This document shows, piece after piece, positions 44,201-53,586 of a stretch of 64,000 nt of DNA. A program made the translations under genes and the position numbers. The stretch is taken from assembly GCF_001194135.2 (NCBI RefSeq), contig NC_068984.1:107893729-107957728 (forward strand), given 5' to 3'. The notes under the pieces are model-generated. The model saw only the letters and a list, made by a program, of their open reading frames with translations. It was not told the origin of the DNA and ran no database searches. This stretch comes from Octopus bimaculoides (lineage: Eukaryota). Every line of letters begins with the position of its first letter. Positions within the stretch are counted from its first letter, which is position 1.

Positions 44201-46575
44201 GACAAAACCTTTGGAGTTAAATCAATAGATATAAAACAGCAAATAAGTCGAGCTATTACAAACATATCTTTGTAATTTGATAAATAAAAAGAAGTATTTA
44301 AGGAAGTCTACAACAGCTTTAAAAACTTTTTAGATAAGAATTGAACATGTTTACATAATTCTAGGTTAAATTTCCATTTCTAATCGAGTAAGAACAAAAA
44401 CGTTTATAGCACTGACAAAATCGCATACGATAAACTATAAATTAGTAACATAATCAATATTCCCAAAAATCTGGTACCAACAGCACACTGTTAAACTAGA
44501 AGTTAACTATATAACTATGGCCCATAACATAAACAACAGAATAGAATATTTAACCCTAAGAACATCATAAATTATTCTTAAAGATCACAAATGTAAGTTA
44601 AACCTTTAAATATATGGTAGTCAACGCTCGTACAACCATATGTAGGATTAATAAGCAACTATATACTAGATTCAAATATATTTAAAGGGAATCTTATACT
44701 TCATAAACCCCTTTCTGTATGAAAAAATTGTATGTCAGTAATAGATGGCGTAGCAATAAACAATTAGTGACAAACAATACTGTAAATCTGCCCACTTCTA
44801 AGTGTTCATCGGAGAAGGTAGTGATAGGCGTATGCAAGCGCTTAGGTGTGAAGAAGATGTAGAAAAGAGAGTATTCAACCATGAAAGTAGACTCGTATAT
44901 CAAATCATATTACATGATAAAACATCAGGAATAGTTACACCGGGTTTGTCATTTATCTATCTATTTATCTATCTATTGTTCATTTTTATCCCTTTCCAAC
45001 TAAACACCTGTTCCTCAAAACTCTAGTCTTCACCAACACCGTTGTGCTCATCAGTGAATCTGTTATTAATATATTCGTGAATTCAAAACTATTTTGTGCC
45101 CTGAAAATTTGTCTTCACTTAAAAGGAAACAGACGAATTAGTACTAAATTCCATTATGAGAGTCTACGATGCATCGGAATTATTCACAACGATCAGAATT
45201 TTATTTTAGAACTTTTGAGGAAATACTCAGGTTTGGGAGAAGTTTTTCATAGACCATGGACACTTAGTCGTGCGCAGTATGAATGGACAAGAATTACATA
45301 GAGTCAGGAAATATATAATATAAATATTTAGCGAAAATGTTGACAATTATTTTACTATAATAAATTTTTGGTAATAAAATATTGCCTATATCTTGTTTAG
45401 ATATATCACTTACATAATCTAGCACTTTAAACTTAGATGAAATTAAATTCTTTAAAGTCAATGAAAAGTTATTTTTATTAATAACACTTCCTTTCAACGG
45501 CCTCAAATTGTACGAAAACAAACTCTTTATTGTTAATAGAAGTAAATTTTTCATTATTCTCTGATAAAGCCTTGTTTTATTAATTCTACCATGCAAATAC
45601 TTCAGTATAGAGAAGAGTGTATTCCATACTGAAAGTAGAAGACCAAAATACTTTTATAAGTTGGATCTTTTAGCTATGTGACTCTGGGTCTTACATCTCC
45701 GATTCGCAAACAAAATCTGAGCAATGAAACAAAAAACCGTTAAGAAGATTATTTAGAAAACGAAAGCAAGAAGAAGCGTTTGAAGGATGCATATGTAAAA
45801 ATATTAAATGAATAATATTTGATTGGGTATACTTAAAAAGAAAGTTTTAGGTAAATGTTAACAATACCGACTAAATGCCAAATGCAATAATTTAATCAGT
45901 AAACAATACTAATAAATACATAAAACTAATGATACATTTCCTTAATATGGGTGAATCGTATTTCAGTTCAATCACAAAACGTCATTCATATTCAAATACT
46001 ACAATTTTTTTTTTAAAGAGAAAGAGAGGGGCAGTTTGAGTCAATGGAAAAATGAGCTAGTGAAACACAAAGTGAGGGGAAACTATTGATTTTCAGAAAA
46101 TGTTCTGAAGTTGTTTTATTCATTGAGCCATGTATGATAATAACTAGCAGTCAGGAAAGAGACAAAGGAAAAAATGGGTTAACGAAAAAGAAAATGAAAT
46201 TGAAGATGAAAATGTCGGAAAATTCTTGTGAATTCAAATTTGCCAGTTTGTTGTTTACTGGAAATTTCTCATTAAGCGGTGATGCAATGGCAGTGTTTAC
46301 ATGAATTCACCAAAAGATTGCTCTCAAATATTATATTTTGCTGATGGATTTTAATCGCAACTCCTAAAACATTGAACGTAAGTTAAAAGATATATTTTAA
46401 TAGCCAAATAAGGTGGCGAGTTGGCAGAATCGTTAGCATGCCGAGTAAAATGCTTAGTAGCATTTCGTCCGTCTTTACATTCCGAGTTCAATTTCCGCCT
46501 TACGTTCTTTCAGGATCTATGTAATCGACTTACCCTCTACTTCAAAATTTCTGGCCTTGTGCCATAATTTGAAAT

Positions 46576-46625
<50 letters not shown>

Positions 46626-46914
46626 CACTTTTGCTATGAATTAAATTAATGAATTCAACGGGATACACCTCCACTTTTACCCGCTCCCACTGATTGTACC
46701 TAGTATAGCACTAGTGTAGCAATAATTGGGTACCCTCCCAGCAGTATACTGGATAGATACTATCCCTTAGTGGGTTGAACACCCAACCCCTAACTCTCTC
46801 ACATTATATATATATATATACATATATTCGTATGTTTGTTATTTATCTGACTGTTTGTGCGTGTTAATATAATAGTGTATTTATTATACATGTATGCCAT
46901 TATAACTGTGTGTG

Positions 46915-46954
<40 letters not shown>

Positions 46955-46964
46955 NNNNNNNNNN

Positions 46965-47008
<44 letters not shown>

Positions 47009-47498
47009 CATTCTATATGGATCTGCTGCAGAAAGCCAGAAAACTGCGGCACTCGTCTAAGAAAGCATCTCAAATAGAGGTATAGCGCAAAATTAAAACA
47101 GAAGTATATCAGTAGCAAACGTCGGCTTCCAGCAGCAGCGGTGGAATTACTATATCTAGATTTCTTCTTCCATGAACGTCATCTGTAGCAAATATTCATT
47201 AGCAACTGCATGCTGGAGCAAATTTAACCTCTTCTGATAAAAGAGGAATTAAGAAGTCACTGTGGTCACAAGTAGTCGCCAGGCAGGGTAAAAATTCGTT
47301 ATAAGCAACGGAAGCCGTATTAGGTCAGAGTAGAATTCTATATCTCTTACTTAACGTGGATATGACATGCAAAACCATTAAACTTCGGTACTCTTCTCAG
47401 GAAAGTATTTCGTATATATAAGTACATGAGTGGGGGGTTTGGGGGTTTAGGTGAGTATTATGTGTGTGTATATGTGTGTGTGTATATATATATATATG

Positions 47499-47557
<59 letters not shown>

Positions 47558-48977
47558 TGTGAAGCAATATGAAAGCTTGGTCGTTTTCCTTGTTTAAACT
47601 TCGTTGAAATAATCACAGGTCTATACCTACACATAAAAACTAAGGTTAATAATACATCATTAGCTAAATTTGTACATTCTGTCATTGATAGTAACACTGG
47701 ATGTTAAAATTGTTTGATCCATCGTATTTAATACACATCCATATAAATGTAGTGGTGGTACTTAGTGCGAACTGTGTATCTGGTATGTTCCGTACTACTT
47801 GACTACAATCAACGTGATAAATTAATCGTTAGATACAGATATCTTAAGAACAAATCGTTCCTGTATGCTAACTATACCTAACCTTGAAATAACTTACCAG
47901 ACCAACATCAATAAGCTTGATTAATGCGATTGACTACTTTCCTATCCCAAAAAAGACCATAGGTCGATTTCCTTTTCTGTAATAGATAATGAGTGGAGGC
48001 GCAATGGCCCATTGGTTAAGGCAGCGGATTCGCGGTCATAGGATCGCGGTTTCGATTCCCAGACCGGGCGTTGTGAGTGTTTATTGAGCGAAAACACCTA
48101 AAAGCTCCACGAGGCTCCGACAGGGGATAGTGGCGAACCCTGCTGTACTCTTTCACCGCAACTTTCTCTCACTCTTACTTCCTGTTTCTGTTGTGCCTGT
48201 AATTCAAAGGGTCAGCCTTGTCACACTGTGTCACGCTGAATATCCCCGAGAACTACGTTTAGGGTACACGTGTCTGTGGAGTGCTCAGCCACTTGCACGT
48301 TAATTTCACGAGCAGGCTGTTCCGTTGATCGGATCAACTGGAACCCTCGACATCGTAAGCGACGGAGTGCCAACAACAACAATAGATAATGTAATAGACC
48401 ATATTCTGAAATTGTATGCCCTAATGATTCGTTTTAAGTTTTTCTAAAGTTGTTACTCTAATTACCGCCTTCGTTCTGTAATTTTCCTAAAACGTCTTCC
48501 TGATTGTTTTATTCTTAGATATATTTATTATTGATGATTTATTCAAATTAATTTTCATTATATACAAGGGAAAAGGTATATAGTGTCTTAGAGGATAAGC
48601 AGTACCTGATGATGGCTAACTAAGCCGAAACTTCAAAGTCACTGTCGACATTTTCTTTGTAAAAATTTATAAATATGTAAAAAGGTAATGAGTGACCTTT
48701 CAGTTTGATGTTAAAATGTTTTTATATATAGCCTCATATAAACCATTTATTTATGTGTATGCATATATATATATCTATATACATATATATATATGCATGT
48801 ATGTATATATATATATATATGTGTGTCTGTATTTATGTATATATGTATGCATGTTTTATGCATATGTGTATGTATGTGTATATATGATTATATATATGTA
48901 TGTGTGACCTTTCACTTTGATGTTAAAATCTTGTTTTTATATATAGCCTCATATAAACCATTTATGTATGTGTATGC

Positions 48978-49008
<31 letters not shown>

Positions 49009-49109
49009 TATGTGTGTGTGTGTGTGTGTGTGTCTGTATTTATGTATATATGTATGCATGTTTTATGTGTATGTATGTGTATATATGATTATATATATGT
49101 ATGTGTGCC

Positions 49110-49205
<96 letters not shown>

Positions 49206-50714
49206 TATGTATGTGTGTGTGTGTTAGTGTGAATGTATGTAGCGAGGAAGAGTATGTGACGGAGTGAGCACATTGGATGTATTTTATATATTAATGTTAA
49301 TTTTTCTTTTTTTTTTTTTCTCCTGTCTCGGTTCTACATTAGTACCCGCTGACTGCCTAGATATAGATCCGCGATGTGCCGATTATACAGGATTTGATGT
49401 ATGCAGCGCTGTCTTGTTTAAATTTGCAGTGGTCAACTGTCGAAGATACTGTCAGTATTGTGGTAAGTAGTTTTAGATTTTCTTGTTGTTGTTTAGTCCC
49501 CTGCCATCCTTGATCAACAGCGTCTCAACTATGTCCATCTCGTCGTATTGTAGACTTCATTACTCAATGCATCCTTCCATTCGTTAAAACGGTTGGATAT
49601 ATGACTGGAAAACGATTAGACTACTTTTTCGAGTAAATTGTAGAGTCGCCCCTTTGTTCGTTCGGCCTTTTGCTGTTGTTGCTGGACGGGGCGCTGGTCC
49701 GTCGCAGGATTACTTATTTTTACCAATTGAGTGAACTGGAGCAACGTGAGGTATTTTACTCAAGGACACAACGCGTCACCTGGTCCAGAAATCGAAACTA
49801 CAATCTTACAATCATGAGTTCAAAACTCTAAACACTAAACCACGCGCCTCCACACCAAAATAAGTATTTCAAGACCGTTACAAAAACTAACGAAAATCCT
49901 ATGAATCAATTTCCTATTGCCTCTTTACAACTGAGTGAGTACTTACAGCTTGCTAGACTGGGGTTATTGAAAGTTAAGTGAATACAGCAATAAGTGCGTC
50001 ACAGCAGTAATTGGGTTAACTCCCTCCACTGTTTCATTGATCTGTGGAACTGTCCATTCTTATAATCAAAATTACGATTCAATATCTGAAACATATTTTG
50101 TCAGTGAGTTTCTACAACGCTTAGAATATAGAGACATCCAAGAGCGTGCATTAGAGGAAATTGTATATAAGTTCTGTATTCTTTTATACGAAATGAGATT
50201 TATTCTTGTTGCTGGGGTATACCAATAACAGGTAGTTCGACACATATATNNNNNNNNNNNNNNNNNNNNNNNNNNNNNNNNNNNNNNNNNNNNNNNNNNN
50301 NNNNNNNNNNNNNNNNNNNNNNNNNNNNNNNNNNNNNNNNNNNNNNNNNNNNNNNNNNNNNNNNNNNNNNNNNNNNNNNNNNNNNNNNNNNNNNNNNNNN
50401 NNNNNNNNNNNNNNNNNNNNNNNNNNNNNNNNNNNNNNNNNNNNNNNNNNNNNNNNNNNNNNNNNNNNNNNNNNNNNNNNNNNNNNNNNNNNNNNNNNNN
50501 NNNNNNNNNNNNNNNNNNNNNNNNNNNNNNNNNNNNNNNNNNNNNNNNNNNNNNNNNNNNNNNNNNNNNNNNNNNNNNNNNNNNNNNNNNNNNNNNNNNN
50601 NNNNNNNNNNNNNNNNNNNNNNNNNNNNAAAAAAATACCTAGAAGACGGAAAAAAGTTGCTAGCAGGCGACTACAGAGTTTCGAACCCTGTACATCTCAG
50701 ATAAAAAAAATTTT

Positions 50715-50756
<42 letters not shown>

Positions 50757-51410
50757 CACAACTAAAATAATATTCAAGGAATCAAACAGAACTCGCAGCA
50801 AGTACTTTGCAGAAAAAAATCCTTTGTTGATTAGTTCTGTCCGATCCTTCATTATGTTACCAGACAAATATGGGTGAATATATGTTTGTGAGGCGTCTGT
50901 AAAGTGTATACAATTCGTATGCAACTTATAACTGGCGTCGATGATGCGAATGAACATGAATAATGAAACAGCTGTCAATTCATATATACGTAAATATATA
51001 TGTATATGTCTATATGTCTGTGTATATACATAGACACACACACACACACACACACACAATAGCACTACTATATTCTACACTTTGATCTCAACTACTGGGC
51101 AGGAACCTGAAAGGCCCAACTCGTTAAGGATGAAAAAAAAATTGAAATCATGTTCATGAATTCAGATCAACTGTATTTTGCCACCTCTTTCCAGATTTTG
51201 CAAATCAATTAGCCAAATAACCATACAAATCTCATCTGTACACTACACTCGTCAAATCCAGTAGCCTTCCTACTGAAAAAGAATCTTTATTTAGTGGTCT
51301 GACACCCTCTGATAATATGTTATCAGTTTGTTTTTTTAATTATTTTAAATGTTATTCGGTTTCCTAAAATTATGTTGTTTTTGTTTTCTCTAGACCAACC
51401 AATACCGTAA
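1070..51410 (+). CDS. 5'-partial multi-exon gene: tandem VWC-like repeats plus two C-terminal ShKT domains, probably secreted
   Basis: 13 GT-AG exons join in consistent phase: 1070-1093, 2107-2221, 3597-3736, 5481-5595, [exon missing or alternative], 12605-12719, 17502-17629, 24559-24673, 32225-32391, 33985-34099, 34192-34388, 37475-37504, 49343-49462, 51394-51410. Repeat pattern C-x(12)-W-x3-C-x3-C-x-C-x9-C-x3-C...CC...C. Several N-x-S/T sequons (NKS, NAT, NIT, NHT, NNS). No transmembrane segment before the stop. Confidence 0.9.
2107..2221 (+). CDS. VWC repeat 1, first half ([39 protein letters not shown])
   Basis: ttccag| ... |gtaaga, 115 nt, phase 1-2; not in the ORF track. Confidence 0.9.
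2285..2560 (-). mobile_element. RTE-clade LINE 3' fragment
   Basis: Minus strand reads [10 protein letters not shown]...[10 protein letters not shown]-stop, resembling RTE ORF ends. Confidence 0.6.
2945..3437 (-). mobile_element. SINE family A (tRNA-like head, central microsatellite); other copies 17-235(+), 5705-6121(-), 6942-7095(-), 32997-33065(-), 41455-41640(-), 43262-43665(+)
   Basis: Shared blocks agaagacacttgcccaag, ttagcggttcggcaaaa, ccagcatggccgcagtc across copies. Confidence 0.8.
3597..3736 (+). CDS. VWC repeat 1, second half plus linker ([46 protein letters not shown])
   Basis: ttacag| ... |gtatgt, 140 nt, phase 2-1; CCPxxxC motif; inside ORF 3454..3783. Confidence 0.92.
4830..5060 (+). 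mobile_element. SINE family D (tRNA head plus CORE/V-like body); related pieces 22830-22935, 24103-24360, 49725-49855(-), 57985-58140
   Basis: tagtggttag...ttcgattcctggaccgg head, then gcgttgtgttcttaagcagaacacttcatttc and ggcgtcccgtccagg. Confidence 0.6.
5481..5595 (+). CDS. VWC repeat 2, first half ([38 protein letters not shown])
   Basis: ttttcag| ... |gtaata, 115 nt, phase 1-2. Confidence 0.92.
9241..9418 (+). mobile_element. Non-autonomous Helentron-associated (DINE-1/pearl-like) element, 3' part
   Basis: aagtttcatcaaa motif, ACAG/ACGG microsatellite, and terminal hairpin ccttcc-ttggc-ggagg followed by taataa. Confidence 0.55.
11023..11335. other. Isolated GC/CpG-rich segment
   Basis: Dense CpG, GCC triplets and GCGCGC motifs in an otherwise AT-rich intron; starts right after an N gap. 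Confidence 0.7.
12605..12719 (+). CDS. VWC repeat 3 (or alternative to repeat 2), first half ([38 protein letters not shown])
   Basis: atacag| ... |gtaaat, 115 nt, phase 1-2. Confidence 0.92.
12974..14458 (+). mobile_element. R4/Dong-clade non-LTR retrotransposon, 5'-truncated, (TAA)n on both sides
   Basis: ORF 13045..14289: [24 protein letters not shown] thumb region and [25 protein letters not shown] restriction-like endonuclease; arrays at ~12935-12973 and 14459-14535. Confidence 0.85.
14630..15410 (+). mobile_element. Degenerate R4/Dong fragment (different subfamily)
   Basis: [39 protein letters not shown], and [14 protein letters not shown] zinc knuckle across frameshifts. Confidence 0.8.
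15431..15509 (+). repeat. G-rich minisatellite, 5 x 16 bp (GGAGGGGGAGTCGTGA)
   Basis: Units start at 15431, 15447, 15463, 15479 (15 bp) and 15494. Confidence 0.9.
15690..16385 (+). mobile_element. Decayed RTE-clade LINE RT C-terminus; a second fragment at ~17005-17150 (-)
   Basis: [29 protein letters not shown]; the minus copy reads [18 protein letters not shown]...FAGH. Confidence 0.65.
17502..17629 (+). CDS. VWC second half plus Thr-rich linker ([42 protein letters not shown])
   Basis: catacag| ... |gtaagt, 128 nt, phase 2-1; inside ORF 17452..17742. Confidence 0.9.
18080..18400 (+). repeat. Degenerate ~15-bp tandem repeat (tttatagaagataac-like)
   Basis: Periodicity appears as a 5-aa repeat ([10 protein letters not shown]) in ORF 18083..18295. 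Confidence 0.6.
19136..19555 (-). mobile_element. (TAA)n-embedded interspersed repeat; second copy 53005-53545
   Basis: Colinear shared blocks (actacccgtc, caaccatatgt, tttaaggatgtt, aaagaattcct, gatcagagatgcacatatcgtca); both copies have ATT arrays on both sides. Confidence 0.75.
20443..21612 (-). mobile_element. R4/Dong fragment with 3' UTR
   Basis: [58 protein letters not shown]; ATT array at ~21620-21668; same 3' UTR recurs alone at 51620-51716. Confidence 0.85.
24559..24673 (+). CDS. VWC first half ([39 protein letters not shown])
   Basis: ggacag| ... |gtgagt, 115 nt, phase 1-2. Confidence 0.9.
25070..25779 (+). mobile_element. Internally deleted Tc1/mariner-superfamily (maT/DD37D-like) transposon
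   Basis: [42 protein letters not shown]-stop; ends TA-CAGGGTG and CACGCTG-TA. Confidence 0.75.
28130..28985 (-). mobile_element. Internally deleted mariner (DD34D-like) transposon
   Basis: N-terminal [20 protein letters not shown] and catalytic [19 protein letters not shown]; degenerate TIRs gtgtcaaaaggttatgggact / agtccaataactttttgatgc. Confidence 0.85.
29961..31543 (-). mobile_element. L1/Tx1-clade LINE, 5'-truncated, in a GATA array
   Basis: [15 protein letters not shown] thumb region, [18 protein letters not shown] zinc finger, [17 protein letters not shown]; 3' UTR with AATAAA at 29983-29988 (-). Confidence 0.8.
32225..32391 (+). CDS. VWC second half plus basic linker ([55 protein letters not shown])
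   Basis: tttcag| ... |gtaagt, 167 nt, phase 2-1. Confidence 0.9.
33653..33878. mobile_element. MITE with ~35-bp terminal inverted repeats
   Basis: cagggtggtcattttttgccaaataaacac...tata versus tatag...gtgtttatttgggaaaaaaaaatgaccatct. Confidence 0.55.
33985..34099 (+). CDS. Last VWC first half ([38 protein letters not shown])
   Basis: cctttcag| ... |gtgagt, 115 nt, phase 1-2. Confidence 0.92.
34192..34388 (+). CDS. Last VWC second half plus ShKT domain 1 ([65 protein letters not shown])
   Basis: ctttcag| ... |gtaagt, 197 nt, phase 2-1; CRKTCGYC closely matches the ShK C-terminus CRKTCGTC. Confidence 0.93.
34597..35093 (-). mobile_element. R4/Dong endonuclease fragment
   Basis: [28 protein letters not shown] and [12 protein letters not shown]; ATT array 35094-35258. 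Confidence 0.85.
36268..36653 (+). mobile_element. SINE family C (tRNA-Arg-like head, ~390 bp, CAA tail)
   Basis: A-box and B-box (ggtttcgattcc) head; flanking tctaccatata / tctatcatata (10/11) look like a TSD; near-identical to 47992-48380. Confidence 0.85.
37475..37504 (+). CDS. 30-nt micro-exon ([10 protein letters not shown]) completing ShKT1 Cys6 and forming a linker
   Basis: Strong pyrimidine tract tttttgtctttccctttag| and donor |gtgagt; T from the previous exon plus GT gives TGT (Cys). Confidence 0.75.
39938..40797. mobile_element. Two mariner 5' ends in inverted orientation
   Basis: + strand 39938-40195 gives [16 protein letters not shown]; - strand 40200-40797 gives [21 protein letters not shown]; shared left-end sequence tcaataagtatc..gaagctaaagcatgcagagt. 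Confidence 0.8.
43870..45900. mobile_element. Penelope-like element fragments with ~150-bp inverted repeats
   Basis: + strand [18 protein letters not shown] at ~44535-44591; RT-like minus piece 45294-45596; inverted arms 43870-44017 and 44801-44965. Confidence 0.5.
47992..48380 (+). mobile_element. SINE family C copy with an 11-bp TSD
   Basis: AATAGATAATG at 47981-47991 and 48381-48391. Confidence 0.9.
48692..49106 (+). repeat. Tandem duplication, ~212-bp unit
   Basis: gtgacctttca.tttgatgttaaaat...gcctcatataaaccattta starts at 48692 and at 48904. Confidence 0.85.
49343..49462 (+). CDS. ShKT domain 2 ([39 protein letters not shown])
   Basis: long T tract then cattag| ... |gtaagt, 120 nt, phase 1-1; six-Cys ShKT spacing ending CxxxCxxC. 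Confidence 0.9.
51394..51410 (+). CDS. Terminal coding exon (DQPIP-stop)
   Basis: tttttgttttctctag|ac caa cca ata ccg TAA; phase 1 fits the preceding exon; AATAAA signals follow. Confidence 0.65.
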
Positions 51411-51453
51411 ATGACCAAAGGAAACACAGCACCAAAACACCAGAAGCAACCCA

Positions 51454-51498
51454 AATAAAAAAAACTAATTGATGATTTAGAATCTTAATAATAATAAA
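51454..51498 (+). terminator. Candidate polyadenylation signals
   Basis: AATAAA at 51454-51459 and 51493-51498, shortly after the stop codon; AT-rich context makes chance matches common. Confidence 0.4.
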
Positions 51499-51572
51499 AT
51501 TTAATTTGATGCAAATATGTCTCGTGACTATAAGAGTTTATTTTATCATCATCATCTTCATCATCATCATTA

Positions 51573-51619
<47 letters not shown>

Positions 51620-51715
51620 TTATGTTTGACTTTTGTTTTGCATTTGTACAAGTTGGATCCAAGTCTCACCCAGAGACCTCAAGAGACAACAAGTTAGAAG
51701 TTCATGTAGGTGTTG

Positions 51716-51749
<34 letters not shown>

Positions 51750-52123
51750 GTCTATTATGAGAGACTCTCGGATAGTTCTTAAGTACCGGTTATTCTTTAC
51801 TTGAAGGCAGGCAATAACAAATCACCAAAGGTTTCAAGCGGTGCTTTCTCCTGTGACTCAAAGAGACAATACTCTCTTTAGAATGCGAGCTGTACCCAGT
51901 AATGCTGTCTTCTGGATCACCTCGAGCCGGACAGCAGCACCAATATTCTTAATATGTTTTTCAAAGCCCTTGGAAACTGCTCTTAATGCTCCAATTACCA
52001 CCGGTATCACCATTATTTTCCTCATGCCCCATAACTTCCCTATCTCGTCCTGCAGTGGCTGGTATTTCTCAATCTTTTCTATTTCCTCACATTTCAACTT
52101 CGAATCGACTGGTAATGCAACAC
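51750..52123 (-). mobile_element. R4/Dong 3' fragment
   Basis: EKIEKYQPLQDEIGKLW..VIPVVIGALRAV..IQKTALLGTARILKRVLSL-stop; ATT arrays on both sides. Confidence 0.9.
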
Positions 52124-52207
52124 TTATTATTATTATTATTATCATTATTATTATTATCATTATTATTATTATTATTATTATTATTAATAATAATAATAAT
52201 AATAATA

Positions 52208-52247
<40 letters not shown>

Positions 52248-52249
<2 letters not shown>

Positions 52250-52398
52250 CACTACTGGGTACTGCACGCATTCTACGCAAACCACTTTCAATACAGTAAA
52301 CATAAGAGCACCACAGCAAACCACAGCACATACCCAAGGCGCACAGAGCTGCGCTCGGTAGTGAAGTGAAAGTACGTTATAAAAATAAAACTACTGAA
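52248..52398 (+). mobile_element. Minimal R4/Dong 3' tip
   Basis: ALLGTARILRKPLSIQ-stop plus short UTR, between two (AAT)n arrays. Confidence 0.8.
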
Positions 52399-52399
52399 C

Positions 52400-52470
<71 letters not shown>

Positions 52471-52905
52471 GGTGGGCGAGCTTGCAGAATCGTTAGCACA
52501 CCGAACAAAATGCTTAGCGACATTTCGTCTGTCATTACGTTCTGAGTTCAAATTCTGCCGAGGTTGACTTTGCCTATTATCGTTCGGGGTCGATGAATTA
52601 AGTACTAGTGAAACACCAGGGATGATATAATCGACTAGTCTACTCCCCCAACCCAAATTTCAGTCCTTGTGCCTATAGTAGAAAGGATTATTATTATTAT
52701 TAAGGCGACGAGCTGCCAGAATCGTTGGCACGCCAGGCCAAATGCTTTGCGGCATTACGTCCGGCTTTACGTTCTGGGTTCAAATTCCGCCGAGATTGAC
52801 AATGCCTTTCATCCATTCGGCGATCGATGAAATAAGTACCAGTTACGCACTGAAGTCGATGTAAAGCGACTAGCCCCCTTCCCCAAAAATTTCAGGCTTT
52901 GAGCT
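52471..52905 (+). mobile_element. SINE family B, two tandem copies; others 3870-4055(-), 4085-4215(-), 14536-14561(-), 18455-18575, 18915-19110, 20080-20274, 34403-34595, 36666-36880, 46410-46580, 56684-56872
   Basis: Head ggcgagctggcagaatcgttagc, B-box gagttcaaattc, 3' end aatttcaggccttgtgcctatagtagaaagg followed by an (ATT)n tail. Confidence 0.85.
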
Positions 52906-52955
52906 TATTCTTCTTCTTCTGATTATTATTATTATTATTATCATTATTATTATTA

Positions 52956-53005
<50 letters not shown>

Positions 53006-53544
53006 GAGTGAAAGAGTAACACTAGGTTAATATATACGAAGCCCAGTATACCCATCATAACTACCCGTCAGATAAGGGCACACCAGACACATGCATCTCA
53101 ACCATATGTGCGCGACATGGTGTTCTCAGATCAAGATAAACAGCGCATGACCTCGCAGGTGGGGCCCAGTTAGATGGGTTTTTTTCAGGTTGAGTAGCCC
53201 ATACTGCTCAAAAGGTCCCTGAATAAGGGTTGTTTAAGGATGTTGAACGAAACACCCATGTTTCGAAAGGTGAATTATCTAAACCTCAAAGAATTCCTCT
53301 CAACACATGGTTGTGATGCTCCCCCACTACTTCTGCTCATGATCAGAGATGCACATATCGTCAGCCACCAAGGGACATGCTCAACTGGTTAAAGTCAAAC
53401 AAATAACAAGCAAATCTGTGGTATCAAGCAAAATATTTGCTGCAACCCACCTTTTATACCAAGACAAAACAATGTACATGATAACACTTCCAATCAGTTA
53501 AGGTCAAAAACCATGGGAGCCAATGTCTGGCACTGCATTAGGGC

Positions 53545-53586
<42 letters not shown>

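Noticed and set aside
6195-50628. Long ORFs of 200-400 aa in the track
   Set aside because: They run through N gaps (X residues); only 13045..14289 has real coding content (Dong)
51567-53586. Repeat-spacer-repeat layout resembling a CRISPR array
   Set aside because: The repeats are variable-length trinucleotide microsatellites and the spacers are retrotransposon or SINE fragments in a eukaryotic genome
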